Assembly (NCBI GenBank): GCA_029261655.1
Contig: JAJDAY010000030.1
Coordinates: 186,916-250,915 of the forward strand
Direction of reading: 5' to 3'
DNA length: 64,000 nucleotides
Origin: Nitrospinaceae bacterium
GTDB taxonomy: Bacteria > Nitrospinota > Nitrospinia > Nitrospinales > VA-1
The position numbers and the translations under genes are program-made. Of the stretch, positions 57,265 to 64,000 are shown one piece after another (position 1 is the stretch's first letter; each line of letters opens with the position of its first letter). The notes below the pieces were generated by a model that was given only the letters and a program-made list of their open reading frames with translations, made no database searches and was not told where the DNA came from.

Positions 57265-58475
57265 GCTTTTCCCGTTTTCAATACAGTGGTGAAGACCTGA
57301 GGGTTCGAATGCCCGGTATTTTTGTCAGAATCGGATTTCAGCTCAGTATCAATTCTTTGTCCAGCCCAGACCCTGATCACTTCATACACGTCAGGTTGAA
57401 AAACCGGTTTGAATTCCTGGATCTCACTGAAATGTTGTGTGGCGGTTTCCCGAAGTTTTTTAAATTGACCCATCTGGTACATGCATTCGAAATACCATGC
57501 ATAAATTTTGGGACTGATAAAACCCGTGTGAATACATTCTTCAAACCAGTTGACGGCTTGGTCGCCTTGACCGTTACGCAGAAACATTCGCCCTAAAATA
57601 AAGCGAATATCCAGGTTTTCAGGGTCGTGCTGCAAATACTGTTGGCAGTTTTTAAGCGAGCGTTGGCGAACCTCCTCGGCGCGTATTTCATCAAGAATAC
57701 CGCTATAAAGATATTCGTCGTCGATCAGGATTTGGGATTTTAAAAATTCGTGATCGGAAATTTTATTGTCCTTAAAATGTTTTTCCAATTCCATTTTACG
57801 ATCCAGAAAATGCTGTTCGATCTTTGTCATTCCTTTTGCCGCGAGAACCCTGACCGATCCGTCGCTATCTTCCAGCGCCTTACGCAACACGTTGGCGAAT
57901 TTTCCATGATGGTTTTTTATCAGTAATACGATCATGGATTGTTTCTGGCCGATGGTGCCGTAATGCAATACATCCATGAATGGAATGATCGGATTGTCTG
58001 CCGCATGAAAATTTCTTTCATCAATGGCCTTGTTATAGATTTTTTTGATCTGCACATTTTCGAGGTCGGGAAACAGGGAGTCATACCATTCTGAAAATGG
58101 GGTGGCGGATCTTTTGAACCAATAATAAAGCCCCGAAGTGACCAGGATTCCGCCTGTTCCGAAGGGACCCAAAACAGTGGTGAAAAGGGTCAAAAGGTAA
58201 GCCAGTTGCTTCCCTTGACCGGAATGACGTGAACGACCGGCCCAAAAGGCCAGGAGGGTCACCACTCCCAGGTGAATCCATGCGACGGTTGAGGAATCCA
58301 TGCCTTCATTGAACCAAAGCCGGACAGCCCAGATTTCTATGGACAGAGACAGGACCGCCAGGGCAATTAATGGAGCTACATTCAGAAACGATATTTCCGC
58401 AATGCGGGTCATTTCCCTGGGCAGATCCCAATCATCATTTTTGAAGGATGGATCCTTGTGCACTGTTTTCTCCAA
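57261..58475 (-). CDS. PelE-like inner-membrane TPR protein (an alternative start at 58412 removes the 41-nt overlap with the upstream gene)
   Basis: Four predicted N-terminal TM helices followed by a helical-repeat (TPR-like) C-terminal half. It lies between the PelD-like gene and pelF, and its stop overlaps the pelF start. Confidence 0.55.
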   Translation of the reverse strand: MEKTVHKDPSFKNDDWDLPREMTRIAEISFLNVAPLIALAVLSLSIEIWAVRLWFNEGMDSSTVAWIHLGVVTLLAFWAGRSRHSGQGKQLAYLLTLFTTVLGPFGTGGILVTSGLYYWFKRSATPFSEWYDSLFPDLENVQIKKIYNKAIDERNFHAADNPIIPFMDVLHYGTIGQKQSMIVLLIKNHHGKFANVLRKALEDSDGSVRVLAAKGMTKIEQHFLDRKMELEKHFKDNKISDHEFLKSQILIDDEYLYSGILDEIRAEEVRQRSLKNCQQYLQHDPENLDIRFILGRMFLRNGQGDQAVNWFEECIHTGFISPKIYAWYFECMYQMGQFKKLRETATQHFSEIQEFKPVFQPDVYEVIRVWAGQRIDTELKSDSDKNTGHSNPQVFTTVLKTGKA

Positions 58476-59790
58476 CGGATTTAATGGAAACGGAAAACTT
58501 AGAAAAATTTACTTTGTCTGATTGCCGGTCTGTCAGTGACTGCATGAGCTTCACGGAGATTTCTTTGGCCTGTTCCAGAGAAATATGGGCGATGACCACG
58601 ATAAACTCTGAATTGTCTTTTTTGCCGTCAAAAAATGAGGTCTCCTTGCCCAACAGAGTCTGCATCGTTTCATTGATGGTGGTTTGAATTTCATGTTGCA
58701 ATTCTTCATTTAGAATAAAATCTGTGGGGGGCCGCAGGATAATACTTTGCCCATCAAAGGCCTCTTTAAAATTGTGCAGGGTTAAAAACTCAGATAATTG
58801 TTCAAAATAATTGTTGGAAAAAACGCCTTTGTGATTGCTGGCCTTGACCTTGACCACCATGGTGTCATCATTTGAAGCCGATCCGGGGTCCAACAGAGTC
58901 CCCAGCCATTTGCAAAGCTGTTTGAAGGTTTGTACGCTTTGCACATTCAGGCTTAAAAAATCCATTTGTTCGATTTTGAGCATCCCATACACTTTGTTTG
59001 TGCCTGGGTGGATTATGGGCCCTGCCAGCATTCCCTGGCCTTGAAAAATTTCTTCGTCTTCCGGGTTGGTGATGGAAAGAAAGCGTTTGTGCCGGATGAC
59101 TTGCTCAAATAGAGGCGACAGCGCGGTGAACATCCGGGTGTAGGGGTCGTCCATTTCCCATCCAAGTTGTGAGTTGGACTCAAGGGCAGAATTGTCGAGA
59201 ATATACCAGGAACATTTTTTTGATTTGGTCACCCGCTGGGCGATTTCCAGGATATTATCCAAAACCTGTTCCGTTCCCACCGCATCAAGATTCCAGGCAG
59301 TTTGGTGCAGGGACAACAGAAAACTGGATTGTCCAGAAACATGGGTTTCCAGGCGCTTTCTTTCGATATCAGAGATTTCGCAGGCTTTACTGAATATCTC
59401 AACCTGCCTCATGGATTGAGCCCATTTTTTTTGTAGAACCTTTCGTTCCTCAATATAACGATCCCTGAACCCGCCCAAAATGACCGATGAAACGATCCAT
59501 ATGACAGGCTGGTGTCCAATGAGGAAAATGTAATCATAGGAATTCTCGGAGAATGTTTGTTCGGGAAGATTGCCGGTCATCAGGGTTGCCGTCGCGATCA
59601 GGGCCGAGGCCAATCCTTCTGCCGCCCCATATTGAACGCTGACCAGTAGCACGATGAAAAAAAAGGGGTGCGGGTGGACTCCCCAAAAGCGGTCGCCCGC
59701 AAAAAAATAGGAGTCCACCGCCAGGACAGAAGCTAGCAGGAGTATGACTTCTATCAGAAAATAAAATTTTAGGTTTTTCAAATTCTTCAT
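58435..59790 (-). CDS. PelD-like inner-membrane protein (4 TM + GAF-like + degenerate GGDEF-like domain)
   Basis: Its 451 aa is close to my recollection of P. aeruginosa PelD (~455 aa), and the order TM block, GAF-like middle, C-terminal ...FFDGKKDNSEFIVVI (degenerate GGDEF position) fits. Synteny with pelE/F/G supports the call. Confidence 0.55.
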   Translation of the reverse strand: MKNLKNLKFYFLIEVILLLASVLAVDSYFFAGDRFWGVHPHPFFFIVLLVSVQYGAAEGLASALIATATLMTGNLPEQTFSENSYDYIFLIGHQPVIWIVSSVILGGFRDRYIEERKVLQKKWAQSMRQVEIFSKACEISDIERKRLETHVSGQSSFLLSLHQTAWNLDAVGTEQVLDNILEIAQRVTKSKKCSWYILDNSALESNSQLGWEMDDPYTRMFTALSPLFEQVIRHKRFLSITNPEDEEIFQGQGMLAGPIIHPGTNKVYGMLKIEQMDFLSLNVQSVQTFKQLCKWLGTLLDPGSASNDDTMVVKVKASNHKGVFSNNYFEQLSEFLTLHNFKEAFDGQSIILRPPTDFILNEELQHEIQTTINETMQTLLGKETSFFDGKKDNSEFIVVIAHISLEQAKEISVKLMQSLTDRQSDKVNFSKFSVSIKSVGENSAQGSILQK

Positions 59791-60189
59791 GAATTCAATA
59801 ATCCGGTAGGTTCTGGTGTTCGATACAGGAAAGCCATCGATCCAGGACCGGAAACAAAGTATCTTTTATAACTAATTAGGGTATATCTATGGTAATAGAT
59901 AACTATAAATAAATCAATAGGTTTAGCGATTTTGAGGGGCTTGTCGGGTATTATATTTACCCTAAGGTAAATACTTAAAATGCCTGTAAAACCGACGGTT
60001 GTTATCGAACGCGGGATTTAATTAGGGGGGATTTAAAGTCTTCTTCGGGTGACCCCAGGCCGGCCCATTGACGTGGGAAAGAAAAGAAGGGCGAACTCTT
60101 CTGTGGAGAGTCTGTAATTAAGGGGAAACGGTCAATTCCGCAAAAACCCATCGAATGTTAACACCGGGGGACAGCGGCACGTGGGCAGG

Positions 60190-61869
60190 TTAAAACTTCC
60201 AGATCAGGAAGGCGCCGAACTGGGTGAACGTGTCCGCGCTTCCTCTCACTGTTTCCTGGTCGAATTCCGCATTCACGCCGACTTCCAGATTGGAAAACGA
60301 ATCGTAAACCAGTTCCAAAGATGCAAAGGGGCCACTGCTGTTCACCCGGTCATCAAACTTGAAGCCTGTGGATAAATCAAACCATAGATGATCGGTAATA
60401 TGGTCCACAAGAGAAATATCCCAGGAGTGCGTCTGGGTGTTCTGGACGGCCAGCGGATTAAAAGCATTGCCTGCTGTGTCGATTCGTGTCTCGGTTAAAT
60501 TGACATATTCCCCTGAGAATTGATATCCGACGGATAATCCAGGCCACAAAAAATTCAATTGGTAATGAATTTCGGCCAACACCTTTATAGATTCGGCCAC
60601 GTTGTTGTCATCCTCGACGCCATACTGATTGGCGCTGATGCCCAGGATCGAGCTAAAAGGGTTTTTACTTCTGAACTTTCCGATGACAGGGCTTTCCCCT
60701 TCGTAGACCCACCTGAGTTGGAGACGGTCGGCGGTTCCCTCATCAATGATTCCTTCGACAAAATCCCAATAGGGTTCGTGGAAGACACCTTTCAATTGAA
60801 TTTCTCCCAGACGCAGTTGACGACGGTGTTCCAGACTGACGCCGGGTTCCGTTTCCTGCCCGACAATGGACAAACGAGTGGTCGCAAACTCATGCGCTTT
60901 TTCGACATAAGCGTCCCAACGTTGCCTGTTGCCCTGAAAACGCTGTAACGTTCCATCAATGCGCGGGCGAAGCACGTTGTCGTTGATGTTTCGATTTTCA
61001 AAAGCAACGCCCACCAGATAATTCGAGCAATAGGATTGTCTGGCCATCACCCGGCTGACCCACTGGCCCTCGGAGTTTGTCGTGTCCCGATAATATTGAT
61101 CCACCCGGACTTGAGGGCCAAACCGACCGCGCAAATAACTTTGAGCTTGTTTCAGGTCCACGGAGTCAGGCTCTCGCCGAATAGCGCAACCATAATTTTT
61201 GATCGCCTGGCGCCATCGGCCCAATCGATTGTCCACCTCCGCCAGATCGGCCATGAATTTAGGGTCGTCCGGATGAGCCTTGAGCAGCTTTGTGATCCCG
61301 GAATGCGCGTCGAACTTATTGGTCTGCATCAGCAGGGTGGATTCCAGATGTTCGAGTTCCCGGTCTTCCCCGATCCCTTGTGTCTCTTCCTTAAGCGGTA
61401 GTTGCAGGATTTGGACAACGATCGTGTTTTCAGATTTTGTTACCTGAAAAGCTGAGTTTTGGGTGGTCTGAATCAAAAGACTGTCGTAACCCGCTTTTAT
61501 GTTTTTAATCCATACAGGAATTTCTTTACCGAATTGTTCGATTCCAGGGGTTTCAATAGGCTCAGCAAACCTGAGAACCAGGTTTTTGCCTTGCAAGATT
61601 TTACCTGGCTCCAGAAAACTTTTCTGGAGGGTATCCGCGTTATCAAATTCACTTAAATCGATCGAGATGAGGTTGTTTTCCTCAACCTCAAAGGTTGGAA
61701 GGGGGGTGGGCCATTGAAGAGTGATTCTTAACCGATTTTCATCAATATTTTGGTGGGAGAATTGGACCGTTTCGGCATATCCAGGATCAGCCAGGCCGGT
61801 TAGAAAAACCGTCAGCCAGGTAAGAATCAGAAAAATTTTGTGCTTATGGTTGCTTAAAATTAATTCCAT
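60190..61869 (-). CDS. Outer-membrane beta-barrel protein (PelB-porin-like) with signal peptide, N-terminal ~110-aa module and a short TPR segment
   Basis: Signal peptide ...GLADPGYA, alternating beta-strand pattern in the C-terminal ~330 aa, and the terminal OMP signature ...FGAFLIWKF. Confidence 0.6.
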   Translation of the reverse strand: MELILSNHKHKIFLILTWLTVFLTGLADPGYAETVQFSHQNIDENRLRITLQWPTPLPTFEVEENNLISIDLSEFDNADTLQKSFLEPGKILQGKNLVLRFAEPIETPGIEQFGKEIPVWIKNIKAGYDSLLIQTTQNSAFQVTKSENTIVVQILQLPLKEETQGIGEDRELEHLESTLLMQTNKFDAHSGITKLLKAHPDDPKFMADLAEVDNRLGRWRQAIKNYGCAIRREPDSVDLKQAQSYLRGRFGPQVRVDQYYRDTTNSEGQWVSRVMARQSYCSNYLVGVAFENRNINDNVLRPRIDGTLQRFQGNRQRWDAYVEKAHEFATTRLSIVGQETEPGVSLEHRRQLRLGEIQLKGVFHEPYWDFVEGIIDEGTADRLQLRWVYEGESPVIGKFRSKNPFSSILGISANQYGVEDDNNVAESIKVLAEIHYQLNFLWPGLSVGYQFSGEYVNLTETRIDTAGNAFNPLAVQNTQTHSWDISLVDHITDHLWFDLSTGFKFDDRVNSSGPFASLELVYDSFSNLEVGVNAEFDQETVRGSADTFTQFGAFLIWKF

Positions 61870-62249
61870 CAGGTCTTGCAGTCAGTTAAAACGTCTGAGC
61901 ATTCAGTAACCGCTTTTTCCGAAAATAAAGCCTGATCCAATCTCTATTTAAGACAAAAAAAAGTTCGGACAGGCAAAAAAATATCCTAAGGCCAAATTAT
62001 TCAAAACCTTAAGATGACTCCTGAAAAATCACTGAAAGTGGACTGAATAAGGTTTCAGTCCCAGTTCATAAAGGGGGCCAAACCCCTTTAAATTTGGCGA
62101 ATAAGATGATTGGTGAGGCTGATCTTTTGTAACAGATTTTTGGAGGTATGCAAAGGAATTTCAGTGCTTTTCAGAAAGAAAATGATGGGGACAGGGGTTG
62201 TCCCGGGAGGATTGTTGGCAAAAAATAGGATCGATTTTATCGGGGAGAA

Positions 62250-64000
62250 TTATTTGGCAGTCAGGGTCAGCCATTTGCTGGCTTGTTCATAATCTCCCAC
62301 TTCCATGAGGCAGGAAATATAATTTACCCGAAGTTTTTTATCCCTGGGCGAAACCTTCAAAAGACGTTCGTAAATGGGAAGGGCTTCTTTTTGCCTACCC
62401 AGACGTCCTAAAGAGAGCGCTTTGGTCATTTCCATTTCGGGGTTCGTGGAAGAAGTTTTACCGATGATTTCCAGAGTCTGCTGGAAAAACGACAGTGACT
62501 CGGAAATATTTCCTTCAAGATACATTGCTTCGGCATAGTAATAATGGGTCGTCCAGTCATTTTCGTTGCGGGTCAATATTTTTCCAAGATATTTTTGCGT
62601 GTCTTTCCATTGGTTCAGGTAGAACGAATTCCACCCCAGCTGCTTGAGAGCCTGTTTATCTCCAGGGCGAACCTCAAGTAGTTTTTCATAAGCCGTGTTT
62701 GCCAGGGTAAGGAGAGACTGATCTTCGGCCAACGTTCCATAGCGAAACAACCGGTCCGGATTGGTTTCAGTTTCCATCCACTGGCCCAAAGCTGAGGCGA
62801 CTGCCTTCTTGTCATCCAACTCTCCCAGCGCCTGGACATAGACGGAAAACAGATGGTCTGTCACTTCGGAGGCGGGCTCATTCATGGCGAGGCGGACCGC
62901 TTCTCTGGCACCACCGTTGTTGACAAGATGCCACAACCATTCCGTGCGCTCTTCATTTTTGGAAGCTTTTGCCCTGTCTGCAAGCCATTGTCGATCCGAT
63001 TTTGCAGGGCGGGGGCCCCAGAGAAACAGCAACTGCTCGACATCTGAACTTTCGGCAGAGGCGGTTTCAGCCAGTTCTTTGAATACCGGCAGGGCATCGG
63101 CTTTATTGTTGTCCTCCAGGAAAAGAAAAGCAATTCGGCGCTTCTCGTCAACCGCGAGGCCGGGGTTCTTTATATACATCCGGTAGAAACGGGTGAGTTC
63201 TTTATTCCTTCCCAGTTTCGTTAAAGTTTCTTCGTAGGAGTGAACCCAGTCGCCGCCCTGCTGGTAAGCCAGTTGCTTGAGGTGCGGTAAAGCCTGCTCA
63301 TGGGCTTTCACTTCCAGCATCGCGTAAACCAGATCCTCTTTTCGTGATTGCGGCAAATTGGGGTCATTCAATTGCCCGGCGATTTGTTGGCTCAGGTTTC
63401 GGGTGTTTCGGGTTTGACCGATTTTATCGGACTGACCGAGTTTGGCATACAATCCAACCAGTTCGATTTGTTCATCCAGTGTCATTTGCGGCAGGTTTTC
63501 GGCCTTTTGCGCCCAGCGCAAAGAAGAATTCCTGTCCTCTAAAGCCAGCATCAACTGAGCCGCCAGAAGGGGGCGGGACGATAAAAAACCATCGCCATGC
63601 ATGTCAAAAATCCGGTTCATCAATTCCGGGCGATTATCCGCTAAAACCTTTTCTGCAAAGGTTATGAGAAGGTCGTTTTCCGGGGCCGCTTCAGACGATT
63701 GCCGGGCGGGCTCGGGAAGGAGCCGGGCAATATCAATGCGGATTTTATTACCTTCAGAAAAAATTTTATAGGTAACTTTATTTCGGGATTGAAGCAGAAG
63801 AGTGTCATAACCCGTGTGGAGGGTTTCCAGCCAGGGTGACGTGTTTTTTGTTAATTTTTCCAAATCGAAGGTCTCGATGCTTTTGTTAAAACTCAGTAAT
63901 AATTCATGACCTTCGGTTCCAGAAGGGGCTTTTGCATCATCCACCCTTGCCTTGAATGAAACCGCCTGAGGCCATTCCAAAACGATTTGCAGGTGATTTT
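62250..64000 (-). CDS. Partial CDS (5' end beyond window): PelB-like periplasmic TPR/helical-repeat protein
   Basis: The reading frame stays open to the window edge (...NHLQIVLEWPQAVSF), so the track TTG start at 63980 is probably internal. It contains many TPR-like units (ALSLGRLGRQKEALPIYERLLKVSP...). Confidence 0.6.
   Translation of the reverse strand, partial: NHLQIVLEWPQAVSFKARVDDAKAPSGTEGHELLLSFNKSIETFDLEKLTKNTSPWLETLHTGYDTLLLQSRNKVTYKIFSEGNKIRIDIARLLPEPARQSSEAAPENDLLITFAEKVLADNRPELMNRIFDMHGDGFLSSRPLLAAQLMLALEDRNSSLRWAQKAENLPQMTLDEQIELVGLYAKLGQSDKIGQTRNTRNLSQQIAGQLNDPNLPQSRKEDLVYAMLEVKAHEQALPHLKQLAYQQGGDWVHSYEETLTKLGRNKELTRFYRMYIKNPGLAVDEKRRIAFLFLEDNNKADALPVFKELAETASAESSDVEQLLFLWGPRPAKSDRQWLADRAKASKNEERTEWLWHLVNNGGAREAVRLAMNEPASEVTDHLFSVYVQALGELDDKKAVASALGQWMETETNPDRLFRYGTLAEDQSLLTLANTAYEKLLEVRPGDKQALKQLGWNSFYLNQWKDTQKYLGKILTRNENDWTTHYYYAEAMYLEGNISESLSFFQQTLEIIGKTSSTNPEMEMTKALSLGRLGRQKEALPIYERLLKVSPRDKKLRVNYISCLMEVGDYEQASKWLTLTAK

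Overview
This window looks like chromosome from a diderm (Gram-negative-type), probably flagellated bacterium. I count about 60 credible protein-coding genes and 2 tRNAs (Gly-GCC, Cys-GCA). I see no rRNA, CRISPR array, transposase, integrase or phage structural gene. The backbone is housekeeping: ftsY, msrAB, plsY, a sigma-70-family factor, bamD, an exbB/exbD-type pair, and glnS and gltX convergent 1.3 kb apart. It also holds recG divergent from a bifunctional rel/spoT, rpmB, and flgM with a near-consensus sigma-28 promoter. Other backbone genes are an Mrp/NBP35 ATPase, DsbA-like and DsbD-N-like periplasmic redox proteins, three peptidases (M1-like, M28, S1+TPR) and a GAF histidine kinase with a NarL-type regulator. 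Five stretches look accessory or atypical. (i) The right-hand ~10.7 kb is a Pel-type exopolysaccharide locus (pelD/E/F/G-like plus a stand-alone TM1410/GH114-like hydrolase). Its PelB-like outer-membrane module is split into two ORFs that share a duplicated N-terminal domain, and it has no PelC-sized gene. (ii) An A+T-rich stretch at ~3.4-6.8 kb carries a voltage-gated K+ channel, a 278-aa coiled-coil protein, a PilZ protein and long non-coding gaps. (iii) A 0.5-kb A+T-rich single-gene (DUF2513-like) cassette sits between glnS and a pirin gene, bracketed by 29-bp imperfect inverted repeats. (iv) Several very small membrane ORFs, some below the ORF-track cutoff, lie next to a DUF420 protein and an HmuY-like protein. 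(v) A SplB/COG1533-like protein has a non-canonical Cys motif. All family assignments come from by-eye motif recognition on the supplied translations or my own hand translations. No searches or computations were run, and G+C statements are visual impressions.
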